Positions 55,901 through 62,158 of a stretch of 64,000 bases of DNA are shown here, in pieces. The stretch lies in the IMG/VR virus record IMGVR_UViG_3300031521_000009; one strand, written 5' to 3'. The translations under genes and the position numbers were made by a program. The DNA is from a virus. The first letter of the stretch is position 1, and each line of letters opens with the position of its first letter. The notes under the pieces were generated by a model. That model was not told the origin of the DNA, did no database searches, and was given only the letters and a program-made list of their open reading frames with translations.

Positions 55901-58488
55901 TCTTTTGAGTTAGTAAGAGCTTGCATTTCCATTTCAACTTGTTTCATAACGGTAACGTTACGTTTCATCAAGTCATTGGCCGCTTTAGAGTTTTGAGTTC
56001 CCTCTTCACGTTTAGTATAATACTCGTATTCAGATAAAGCTTTATTATACTTATCAACTAATGGTTGCTTAGCTTCTTCATTTTCTTTTTGAAGTTGAGC
56101 AATCTGTTCATCAGTAGCAGTAGCACCTGCTTCTTTTGGTTGAAATGATTCAATAGCAGCTTTACTATCGCGCATATCCATGAAAGCTTGACCAGATTTG
56201 TTTAATGATATCTGACCATCAAATCCAGCCTGAGAAAGAATGTTTCTATCAACATCATTCAACCCCATACTTTCATTCAACTCTTTATACGAGTCCACTA
56301 ATTGCACAAATTCGACATACCTCATTTCAGCGAAGTTGTCGATTAATTGTCCCTCTTGATATCCCAATTTTTGTAGAGATGGACTCTTAGGTACTGAGAA
56401 TAAACTTGGATCAAATTGTTCTCCTACAGTAGCATCTTTGATAAGGATATCTTTCACTCCCCACATACCACCATCAGGTTTCTGAATATGATCAGTAGCT
56501 ATATTGATAAGTTCATCACCTTGGCCTTTCAGAACTTTCCATTTCAGTAATTCTTTTTGTTGAGTTTCTGTTTTACTGTCGGGAATACCTTTAATCTTTT
56601 TGATTACGTGAGGAACAGCACCAGTAATAGCAGTCATTAAAGTAGTAGCAAATATGGTTCCTAAAGAAGTATCTGAAAATCCTTCAAATACACCAGTAGT
56701 ACCTATCTGTCCATTACCAACTTCGGAATATGCTGGAGCAGCTTTATCAACTTGCATTTGAACAGTATTGTATAATGCTTGCTCAAAATTTTCTTGAAAG
56801 ACTTCACTAACATTTGCTTTGGCTACATTAGCAAGATAACTTTCATTGTCAACAATACCTTTAATGAATTTGCTATTGTATATCTTAGAGAAACTATCGT
56901 AAACAGCTTCTTTAATAGTCTTGTCAGTAAGTGTACCGGCAGCTTCTTTAGCAGCTAATTTTTGAGCCATTGGAGCATAGATTTCTCTCATAGCCTTTTC
57001 AGCAATGTTTGGTCCTAGTTGTTCACCAATCCATTTATTTGTAAAATGTTCAGTAACGTATGTCAATGGTAAAGCAAAGAATCCAAATTTAGCAGTTGTT
57101 TCCGGACTAACACCATTTTCATCAGCTACACGTTGAAATGAACTATAAGACTGTGAAGTACCAATAGCATTTACTAGAAACTCAGTACCATACTGCAAAG
57201 CTTTTGTTGCAATACCTTTACCAGCAAATGCTGCAGTACCTTCTAATGCAGACATAGCACCACCCGAAGCCATACCTACAGCTATCTGAGGAAGAAGATA
57301 ACCAAGTGTCGGAGCTTGACGTACCATCCAATCAATAGCACCGGTTCCTTGTTCTGTAGATGCTGATTGTTTAAATTCAGCTTGTTTCCAATCATTGAAA
57401 AAACCTTGTAATGCTTTATCTCCTTTTGACCAATTAATCGGTTGTGCTTCTCTACGTAATGAATTACCTACATTAGATGGAAGAGAGCCATAAGAGTAAT
57501 TGAATGCTTTATTCATAGCATCATAATCACCAGATTCAAATGCTTTATCAAGTTCTTCTACAGCCTTTACATTGCCTTGTGCTAAGTTAGCAGCACGTAC
57601 TTTATCATAATGTTTCTGAATGGCTTCATTACCTTGTTTGTAAAGATAAGTTTCATCATGATTCATTGCATTATTGAAAAGTGCACCAACAGAAGAAAAG
57701 GAACTCATAGTACCGGCGGTTGCTGCACTGTAAGCTCCTACAAAGAAATCTTTAATAGAACTACCAAATGTTTCTTTTGGACCCCACTTAGTTGAGTACT
57801 GTCTATCTCCTGCAACAAAAGCATCTGATGGTAATACATCAAATACTTCACGTCCATTGGTAGGGTCAATAGTTGTTGTTACTACTGCCTTTCCATCACC
57901 AAACATCTTATCCATTCCATCCTTTCCAGGGTTAGGAATACGTTTACCATTCTTCAAAATGTATGGTGCAGCAGAAGCACGTTCTTCACCGGTACCGCGT
58001 TCATTATCTTCATTACGAAATGGATCATGATAAGGCCCCCAATCAGGTCTGATATCTTTTACATTACCCAAATCTTTATCATGAACTGCTCTACCAGTAA
58101 CTGCTGAGTTTTGTGTGTCGTGATAAAACTTTAATGCTGATAAGTCAACACCTCTTTTATTTAAACTTACTTTCTTTGCATTCTCTACTTTTGCCTGATT
58201 AAAAGTTTTGATTATTTGACTTGCTGGTAAAGCTTCCGTATCAGTAGGATTTTTTTCTTTTGAGTACTTATCTACATAATAGTTTATATCGTTGAAAACA
58301 GGCTGCTCAGAATGCGCCATAGAGGTAAAGATATCTGCAGTTGATTGCTTATTCTTCAAAGCATCACCAACTACATCAACCTTACCTTGGTAATTTCCTT
58401 CTTGGTCTACAAATGCATCACTAGTCTGTGCTTGATATTTTTCTTCAAGTGTTGGTACTACTGGTTGTGCTTGTTCTTGGTTATCCAT
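40984..58488 (-). CDS. Giant virion RNA polymerase polyprotein with SF1 helicase and zincin domains (5834 aa)
   Basis: SRVP...VYIP...NDSDYDIDAL (about 44581-44607); GDYGTGKT, IDEAS, GDVFQ, LYTAIGR; HEVLH. Confidence 0.88.
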   Translation of the reverse strand: MDNQEQAQPVVPTLEEKYQAQTSDAFVDQEGNYQGKVDVVGDALKNKQSTADIFTSMAHSEQPVFNDINYYVDKYSKEKNPTDTEALPASQIIKTFNQAKVENAKKVSLNKRGVDLSALKFYHDTQNSAVTGRAVHDKDLGNVKDIRPDWGPYHDPFRNEDNERGTGEERASAAPYILKNGKRIPNPGKDGMDKMFGDGKAVVTTTIDPTNGREVFDVLPSDAFVAGDRQYSTKWGPKETFGSSIKDFFVGAYSAATAGTMSSFSSVGALFNNAMNHDETYLYKQGNEAIQKHYDKVRAANLAQGNVKAVEELDKAFESGDYDAMNKAFNYSYGSLPSNVGNSLRREAQPINWSKGDKALQGFFNDWKQAEFKQSASTEQGTGAIDWMVRQAPTLGYLLPQIAVGMASGGAMSALEGTAAFAGKGIATKALQYGTEFLVNAIGTSQSYSSFQRVADENGVSPETTAKFGFFALPLTYVTEHFTNKWIGEQLGPNIAEKAMREIYAPMAQKLAAKEAAGTLTDKTIKEAVYDSFSKIYNSKFIKGIVDNESYLANVAKANVSEVFQENFEQALYNTVQMQVDKAAPAYSEVGNGQIGTTGVFEGFSDTSLGTIFATTLMTAITGAVPHVIKKIKGIPDSKTETQQKELLKWKVLKGQGDELINIATDHIQKPDGGMWGVKDILIKDATVGEQFDPSLFSVPKSPSLQKLGYQEGQLIDNFAEMRYVEFVQLVDSYKELNESMGLNDVDRNILSQAGFDGQISLNKSGQAFMDMRDSKAAIESFQPKEAGATATDEQIAQLQKENEEAKQPLVDKYNKALSEYEYYTKREEGTQNSKAANDLMKRNVTVMKQVEMEMQALTNSKEFTREMKNDPNFQRQYAASWENVIKKNFTYENIENLRQRVDEAAQAQQTHANAIINDIDNQTTHATLSSDLNALQQRIGDTLSKPYNEAEHKSLITDVAGLSNRLAKELSVFNDQTSGNVFGTTMDNSKLDELKNKFSSMYDAAKGLTSNIAQQAEGKILTPANEKIDMYGKRVAELEPFITTKQSEYDAQLETINSLPAETSDEQRQQETDKLNAIQQELKHYQDESQTAAEEVGKAERTIESFDDEQFSHDNQLNAAARALGLENVNNQYSSFNGKGKLPFMRIDGQTLEHANETPEQFQKRIKLMREQNTPNGKTFLSNYFTELQDTMKEAEVWINSVLTDQGETYKKEYPDGKFYGTNGSEIIRQEIDRVKKNEHFLYTFKTSERIANEKKVSDHQSQPEREFVSELASKNANGNNTYEIQLRDAIRMADELASKIDGADLANQMLRLHSRVIIHENTFKSVQLFTTLGLRRSDGTQIISQNLIEELNAIGELDPSILDAKGQLTEAQLTQLSKRENIVNNILSEMNVEYNKENSELFSKDNQDLLFEIFREFYVANDSIGEDGKVLNSEGTLLHADDSSSHIGENGSLTNSTRELHARNPLFTMENVGGVSKRKYNFSSSNANDITRLREHLNTLIWIGSKYSMNDMFKIRKMIFTNESNTPLETGEQEAAINSIVGLLSNKTLTSPLSLFANYFLPMHSIATEKGGHHFIESYLSNALTIGGDYGTGKTQFTVGRAFRILRGLDGYSTDKKSSVGKLTVVSITEELSKVHKQSFGAENPTVISYTDFIKGMKSMNTTEGNTYVIDEASLVSENEMKAIKEHFVNTKAKLVFMGDVFQMRDAGSVGHYPLMMLQTMTTHMLTEQFSATSPLLRQLAEACRPAIGAIGRIVKFDKVTEDISGKTKLGARFFASHMDVWNSFIDGLATNPDRAAIFLDQDALDAFTKDNDTLKKQIEANKDKIYFALRRGVNDNKLLQGLRQKEIYAVFRQSDSSQIAKPITTSLMASALYTAIGRSSSWYGMVGDTSLNVDRSLAASTGLPEEALNAIQLQQKEKFRAIETLRLQGLNTDMNSMSMEAQKVATAPIANPTVTTPNPSNNNQNQTSGKEVGLKINYFNADGDLIDTATVDADWEIKKVGNRDVLSINWNGQTKFNNTIDPNISIKDNLIKHITGFESILRTSQSTENPITLVEENSVEDYEHKGTALKVGESYYDNNEKDIFQLLSINESVFSDGSTQYEITGIYPDENQTVSTVLSDNEDFSVPTAIIEEVKPVVPNEVSQLSRERFLNNSTAIFDKNKNKSHIFWATSATLVGASDSLSQENGKLRRAINDAFISNLSQYKHLFQLKAEKQNTTGWDKDNKTAKYDMIVLSFDPTNKGLVGEQLQAIQDIFMGTIAEDYVNAIIKKHSVNPNGTSIKAMDIPVYSIINDIFTTPGLNGGKFSNAIGSMTLPSVISIDGSGKISYTSFDVKETELEKQKTEKQRLVDAWNAVINNPIFAPVQSELIKQRDMNMSIYDTHASITDKVNVDFHDMGIRKVEYSNNESDLTTVTDLLKDFPGAQTDITPLYIDGRLRLNVQLNSNESIRLVVQMPKFSQSITSKNETIKQRANASMDSIIGRIKAEEDFISQEILSSTILSDEQKWKAKQTAFSKTTIYKLLRANLSTLKNSTQATDKAIFAFIKIQQKSKTFLDINLDSFKTDKDRNSGFDSQYKELSDFLSKKDNLAMSGLYDFLTLNNETYTTHVSGKETIDMLNVQALGINNKSFYVGLDKVEPITSPTPPVNKPGKKKLPNIGLEETQYSSPDVEPIQQSIDRVALRLGQSYTESELFLTQEGKIRLNGLTASGMVQDNTIMTLAAENGMMPRSTVDHEVLHVVYRNFINTDAKAMLLQAAQVINKYEQGTPINGDKELEEWIARDYAKQERATTKDKNVNIALRLYNQFKSFLKDIVMGLRGVYGSNKQLKNLYNQINNGEFANRVPEMNTEKSDIAFEEYESDTTSEETVQSTNESSSKRLLIASQMEEALKKELYNTESLVIAKSGLRMSILQNSIFSNTKNSNINSLSESINSIIEEGKEYQELYGETMATVITQNEQGELEENEMAVKDIVENGEPLNIKLSDINGRNSIDAYKIYSDKNIRMIVQTMLPSYDMMNDSFEKEVGAGERFDWDGYSSEQNVSDIQKLYLSSIPLINTNGSAVFDARGKVKFLDQKQVHSLMIDLGMRVSQMDGVTDKVSALKSIMEGFIDNSEIDESNRYLNPAAEVIHSMYNYMFEAKGKGTDFSLDYSNHYISEENYDGRYKGLLERSYQNEQEWKQEVGAQNSDATWSWDAKQEDQKRKIEQAKDLLNSLVSVYTSFNVKDQVKFTYYDDTMKSTHYYKDFWRGTAEEIKRIQGYKILNGELNTNSISFFKENMSIDYTDIKVSRYNNVTNKTSFLKYENGRFKFANKEGVIATSKKFGNTTMSPFSTDMLNTKGEYAHIVDIFNRIKGQFALKGVTPAMFKSLMVANSWSEVTDNMKTINKIGYVSNFNSEIQANYATPSDFMADYLGAMITLYNQYSKNYTEETLKANEDINKPAKKVIIQRNLLNHIRYNTKESLSPLTRIQSITGSDIVLGFLNRTTPKNLITFEVQPDIVENEEITNDVSSMRYVTPEDMFVSSNMIASIQQKLGGQTNDTHRYTAKGTATYSVALKTTLNEEFDAFKQDPTDTTKITGFIESIGENRSLGFTSIGKTKIDTSDFIDTSINMFMQEMVKSKARPVIYVPTTTVSDTGKIIFAKVESTLINTDNGFNIDYSVAGTEVLREYDKIKKRINTSRSNLNNALMEINKSLSTKTKFLNAPAENNEAHFTKGLRKQMIDVSKEAQANGTFDQLRNMFDATSLTKDLSGKGSYELSYETVDGIDVIIPGNAVTGKIDQFNMINKQSKIEKIRSLTNDVKSGKVESLPKLERAIMRLFENDFAKFTDMIANYGFKPVQSMNNLTKNTIGDKNPTNTTDKNPYYQQLEKSEIRFNQPMFGFYMATMFANNHIDDFSLNPFSFKNYLDKVKRNGPIHTPAQSVLTQGTKEVVQNNVRYQLHTPTLTTESPIVFYRDNMVDGGNTYQEIDGQKVLANNGNMMKPEDGQITINPFHYLQTLNSIGGTKTVIGNASMYKGLTNFRRADGTYSQIKRGDKVITGFDMQHTYYRNMFMRMLAETDRQLVARVGEESFNENKLSFTDKFKELYDDKNNQKEFNDIIVDMMNWIDNQQYYQDRITINPDGIERAGHMYNSIVAFMAPVSTQKGSVTSVNTYDALNDVDYSQPLNMDVVDNTKTKIVMNPSQDTDINAKLQAAPSQQDATGLGVSNNPEISSLYSAYMENKQGLQTALRKELEESISKYGEVEAAKQFKNIDWSKYDVSTLTEQQKSEIDPAIKQLMDFMRDRVVNSLRTSGQDMAFIELFSDMDVSMQLPMMRSKVLQSYRNMANQSIQARTKGIRLTQTVGEYLEEFVRDGKIYSRNDAINELRPGTNYRDYSFDEYNSDAMNQELAAAGFTMQRLQDMNIVNGKTTVGHISMPNVYAKVYGHRSNESLIDIQHINLGTERIALDSSNLYDKLMAGLSEDADMSLNQWSAFVDSPMIRKAIKNLKIETYVDELINPSVDNDGKRFISKRIANLIDSTREMTTEELQSEVNATNESILEAINSMELQSTDLANPDKVIAALMGSGEILEQILTEAQQLLKDFEESNTSFLSRVPATFLGSGGVFKTAMFHNGGNVVYIPTGMTLRNDSDYDIDALTMYSNSLDSKGHIIQKGADGHRNKMNALRNTITLHSGNQESLFLTSSLDKINEVMKQKEKLVDNLQNNSIRSIYESYSRNKAGADAIGILANSLTVSSIIISSSVNKFVETGTHSGIQNFINENAPKGKIKTGLNGFVIELGTWGQGALDNAKNNTFANYAISPVGINILAVLKLNGMNNSEVYDFFNNKNIRNLFHTYSGKTSIMTKSADFNLWKMASTEVDKIASRIEHFNNTNVSQWLESKGLSWKSNVHDTEKYSLELETTDVLLQQSIDDLLMKELTSYYKNNKEAFKNSPYDFTGSDKEQLLQQWKKDNGFDDENLFTYKNNKIVFDKTDVSNFDIKDLDSISTEVANELKLMVRSRANINIARTDIQGLRYMKMVPKLSVTADALYRLSTIMGMRNGIPSLDKDFRTMINTVQQTIGMSLQEYNSNPASDMNVAKHMAYYTINNDAYNKEQDEKKKAFMFSQEQLVANEINMGKLIKNLPQIDYILQELYRQELITKQSFMADNEAIEKDVVKSFLKLQNRTTLNFGGEVAAVSTAINDIMLDKYYATIGESAIMKGQYIYQAVGNTYENPSQNLDLSSLFDRQSFVKNFPQFMMDIVEHSDNIDYLNKTVQSELPAEEWIRFAVNPLIKLFTIGGKFDVKLLLDVNTKEMTEQRVAQLKDYFNSLPKEYKEMLINYEIIANRMSYRQGGLLQVIGVDFYKGPISKVYNDTYAELRSSLGLDSLVPNKYRKSVTFNSDIRERIYDYLGLQPEFAQYLSPKAVVNENSPKYAYQFETKTIDGEKVNTGHRINLKLNDNNAYEVFGNITSLGMSTMAGENMTSELRSFQTTPEEEYNLSLANRDNNDLILHQGSRAWVSEGQFLYTRSGKLIRVIKVKGTNFEYRLANDSDITYRMEQKEMDTQKRNNRIQLKEGTLQHSIFDPNATSLTENEVTKPMEYKVKGNMFLSQLNINTLTNDGVETRISIFDNKNKFNSINEVLDAYKYKVLSTIGEKTKNFPWDLKNYQNEEHRRNKINKYIRNLVDDVQVVETEKNANEIKQIKIAMAQLNFKQSLIVKALVQARALAYISSQGKNMVEQLTSKISSTDFLANQKTTFNKEVEDMSVGITTYGKVARSAIVEMINPAVRAEMKATESKRSEMLNTLEGSLELFDSEIAKKDSKKEVAEGEPAIGTPAQDNESDNNDEKNKCK

Positions 58489-58507
58489 AATTTATATTGA
58501 GTATTGA

Positions 58508-60778
58508 TTATTGAATTGATTGTCTACTTCCAAAATTGTAATTGTCATTTGGATTGGCATTTTCTTGTTTTTGTTTATCAAGCATATTAAGATATTCAGC
58601 TTTCTCTCCAGGTTGTAGTTTACCAGTACTTTCAAGATTATTGATAATACCAATACTTTTTAAATAAGCTCTTTGTGGATCAGCTTTAAAATCAATATTA
58701 TTCTTTGCTTGAATATCTACTAACCTTGCTTTTGGAGTTGTTCCAACATATACTTTATTTGTAGCTTGATCATCTATAAACCCATTCCTAGTAAATCTTT
58801 TTTCAAGATTTGCTGTACGTGCATTAGCTGTTCTTTGTTGAGCTGCATTAGCATTCTGTTCTCCACCAGCAATAAGATTACTTTCAGTTAATGTTTCTTG
58901 TTGTTTGCTAGTATTGTACTTATTGATAGCATTACGTCCTTCTTGAGCTGCCGTAGATGGTCCTTCAACTTGTAATGGTACTTGATAGATATCTTCTCCA
59001 AAACCAAATCCAAAACCAGGTGCATCACTAATCTTTGTAATATGATTTTTTGGATTCTTGGCAAGTTCTGATATCGGAGTAAGAACTGGTGTCTTACCAT
59101 CGACTGCAAAAGGTATCTTAGTATCGCCAGTCAATTGAGTAGTAGCTGTCACATAGTTTTGAACAATAGGTTTACCATTTTCATCCGCTTGAATACGTGA
59201 AAGCATATATCCACCTTTCTCTCTTGGAACCTTATCAAATCGTGCTGTTTTCATTAAGTCCGAAGTAAGACCAGTAATCTTGGCATTCTTATCATTTGCA
59301 AATAATACATCCGGTTTAAATGGAACACCATTAAACATAGCGATTGGTTGATTAGTGATTTGCTCAGTCTTACCTTGTACATTTAAATCAGGGAACAAAG
59401 AGTTTTCAAGTGTCTTACGTTCATCACCGGTAACAGTACTTGTATAGTATTTCAATGAACCAAAACCTTGCATTCCATCAGTAGGATTTTCAACAAAGAA
59501 ACTTCCGGTATTTGGATTGGTAGGTTTAGAGTAAATGATATCAATAGACGACATAGCATTCTTATCTTGTGCTTCATCATGTTTAAGTTTTTCTGATATT
59601 CCAGATTTCTGAGTATTATTAAAATCTCGTAGTCCTTTAGTATCATTTGCAGCAGTAGCATAAACATAACGTTGTGCTTCTGTCATGATAGCATCAGCTA
59701 ATCGTTTCTGTTCTGCTAAATTTTTATCCCGGGCTTCTGTATCTGATGTAGGTATTCTTTTTGCTTGTTGTTTAAGCAATTCAATACTTGCAATAACTTG
59801 CTCACCACTAGCACGAGTATAATCATTCTTAGTAATAGTTCTACCTTTTGCATCTTTAGCTATTGATGTGGTTCCAGTAGGTACTATCAATGTTCCATTC
59901 AATGCTGAACTCATAGCATAAGCCCGAGCATCTTCTGGTAAGTTTTGCCACATACTACTAGCAGCATTTTTCATATTGGTATAATTATCAGAACGTGACC
60001 AATCCCAACTTCTTAATCCATCATCTCGATTCCCAGCATTAGCCATTTGTTTAGCTGAAGCAGCATCTATTCTACCTTTAATTTCTTTACTGAAATCAAG
60101 TGAGTTCATCATTTTTAGTGATGGGTCTAATGTATGACTTGGAGCAATACCACCACTACCATTAGCAGTAATGCCGGCATCCCACGAGTTACGTTCTTGA
60201 AGAGTATTATAACTATGAAGCTTTACTGCATTACGGCCACCAGGTGTTTTAGTAAAGTCTAATGCAAATGGTTTATCTAGTTGTAGAAAATCCTCAGCAC
60301 TTTGAGCCTTACCTAAATTTGGATTGGTAACAGCTATCTCTTGACCAATACCTTTTTTAGTAATTTCATTGTTTACATTTTCCCATTGAGACTTAGCAAA
60401 CTTAGCTTGTTGTTCAGCAACTCCAAATTGTGATTTCTTTTGAAACAAATCTTGCAACTCAGCATCATAAGCAGTTTCATATTGTTTCAATTTTTCCGGA
60501 TCAGATTCATTCTTTATCTTTTCAGCATAAATGTTTGGTAGCATGCTGATACGATTTGTAATTTGATTACGATAATCATACAATGCTTTTGTATGACCAG
60601 GTAATAGTTCTTCCATCTTATCATCAGACGCAGCTTTAGGACTAGCAGTAGCTCTTGCTCTACTAACCCTATTACCATCATTAGCCAATAAGATGCGTGG
60701 GTCAAGAGATATGCCAGGACCTACTTGTGTCTGTGTAGCATATCCAACCGGATTAATATTGTTTCCCCATATTGACAT
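58508..60778 (-). CDS. Putative virion cargo (ejected) protein
   Basis: 756 aa, position between muzzle-like and RNAP genes. Confidence 0.6.
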   Translation of the reverse strand: MSIWGNNINPVGYATQTQVGPGISLDPRILLANDGNRVSRARATASPKAASDDKMEELLPGHTKALYDYRNQITNRISMLPNIYAEKIKNESDPEKLKQYETAYDAELQDLFQKKSQFGVAEQQAKFAKSQWENVNNEITKKGIGQEIAVTNPNLGKAQSAEDFLQLDKPFALDFTKTPGGRNAVKLHSYNTLQERNSWDAGITANGSGGIAPSHTLDPSLKMMNSLDFSKEIKGRIDAASAKQMANAGNRDDGLRSWDWSRSDNYTNMKNAASSMWQNLPEDARAYAMSSALNGTLIVPTGTTSIAKDAKGRTITKNDYTRASGEQVIASIELLKQQAKRIPTSDTEARDKNLAEQKRLADAIMTEAQRYVYATAANDTKGLRDFNNTQKSGISEKLKHDEAQDKNAMSSIDIIYSKPTNPNTGSFFVENPTDGMQGFGSLKYYTSTVTGDERKTLENSLFPDLNVQGKTEQITNQPIAMFNGVPFKPDVLFANDKNAKITGLTSDLMKTARFDKVPREKGGYMLSRIQADENGKPIVQNYVTATTQLTGDTKIPFAVDGKTPVLTPISELAKNPKNHITKISDAPGFGFGFGEDIYQVPLQVEGPSTAAQEGRNAINKYNTSKQQETLTESNLIAGGEQNANAAQQRTANARTANLEKRFTRNGFIDDQATNKVYVGTTPKARLVDIQAKNNIDFKADPQRAYLKSIGIINNLESTGKLQPGEKAEYLNMLDKQKQENANPNDNYNFGSRQSIQ

Positions 60779-61752
60779 TATTTAGTTCCTCCCCAAGTTC
60801 GTTTATAAAATGATTGTTGACTAGCCTTAGCTTTAGTAAGATTATCATATATTACTTTTCGTCTTACTGGATTATCTTCTGTCGCTAATTGATTCTCTAA
60901 TGCAGCTACTGTATCATCTTCGATAGCTTGATTCTTTGTTGCTGCAATACTCTCGTTATTGATAATCGAATTTAAACCACTTGTAAGGTCGTTTTTAATC
61001 TGACTGATACCTTGACCTATCACACCTGATTTAAATCTGTCAGCTTCGTTCTGAATAGCTGTGTTAGCTTGATTACGCTGTGCTAAGGTCTGTGCATTCA
61101 TAGCTGCAGTTTGATTATCTGTCTGAGCATTGATTTGCTGTTCTTGATTCTTTATCTTACTAATCTCAGATGATATTTGATTCTGTCCATAGATACCTTT
61201 TGCAACTAATGATGGATCAACTAAACCAAAACGACGATTTGTTTCTCTACCCTGAGCTAATTGTCCAGTAATACTATCTTGCATTGCTTGCTTTTGTTCT
61301 GCATCAATAAGAGATACATGAGTTGCTTCAATAGGTGCCTGATAAGGAATAAGTGCCGGCTTATAATCACTAGCTCTATTTATCCCTACAAGGTCTGTAG
61401 CGACACTTAATGCAGTATTGACACCAGTAGCTATGTTAGCCCATTTAGATAGCCCATAGATACCTTTCTTATCACCAGGTGGTGGTACATCTTTTGGTAG
61501 TCCTTCCGGAGTATTATCAATATACCGTGTTTGTGCTAATGCATTCAGTGGTTTAGAACTTACTGCAACTGGTGTCGGAGTTGGTAATGGTAAAGTAGAA
61601 GGAGTTTGTTCTTTACGAAGTGCTAAGCGTTGTTCGTCATTCATCAATGGAACAATAGGATCAAGTTTCTTTTTCAGTAATATATTCGCTCCATTATCCA
61701 TATTTGTATATGGTGGTGTGAATGATAATTTTGGATTAAATAGTTTTGCCAT
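60778..61752 (-). CDS. Putative virion cargo protein
   Basis: Pro-rich N-terminus, A/Q/N-rich helices. Confidence 0.6.
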   Translation of the reverse strand: MAKLFNPKLSFTPPYTNMDNGANILLKKKLDPIVPLMNDEQRLALRKEQTPSTLPLPTPTPVAVSSKPLNALAQTRYIDNTPEGLPKDVPPPGDKKGIYGLSKWANIATGVNTALSVATDLVGINRASDYKPALIPYQAPIEATHVSLIDAEQKQAMQDSITGQLAQGRETNRRFGLVDPSLVAKGIYGQNQISSEISKIKNQEQQINAQTDNQTAAMNAQTLAQRNQANTAIQNEADRFKSGVIGQGISQIKNDLTSGLNSIINNESIAATKNQAIEDDTVAALENQLATEDNPVRRKVIYDNLTKAKASQQSFYKRTWGGTK

Positions 61753-61756
61753 AATA

Positions 61757-62158
61757 TTACATTAATCTTTGGTTTATAATTCCAGTACCACCTGCTGATG
61801 GAACTGGATTAGAAGGATTGATCATTTGATTAATCGACTTCAAACTTTGACTTACACCTTCTTGTGTGTACATCATTTTATTTTGTTCTGATACTTGCTG
61901 AGAAGAAGCTAATTGATTTTTCTCACCTACAATCTGATTTTGATAATCCTCTTGATAAGCTTGTTGTCTTTCTTCTTCTTTCTTTTTAGCACTAGCTCCA
62001 AACAAACTAGCGATACCACCAATACCTGCAATTACTGCACCTGGTACTGCACCAACACCAGTAGCACTAAGAGTAGCACCAAGTGTCATTAAACCAGAAC
62101 CACCGGCAGACAAAGTGTCGCCAGTGGAATTTCTTTTAGGGGGTTGATAAACGGCCAT
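61757..62158 (-). CDS. Putative membrane-inserting ejection protein
   Basis: Gly/Ala hydrophobic stretch (GVGAVPGAVIAGIGGIASLFG) then a coiled coil. Confidence 0.65.
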   Translation of the reverse strand: MAVYQPPKRNSTGDTLSAGGSGLMTLGATLSATGVGAVPGAVIAGIGGIASLFGASAKKKEEERQQAYQEDYQNQIVGEKNQLASSQQVSEQNKMMYTQEGVSQSLKSINQMINPSNPVPSAGGTGIINQRLM

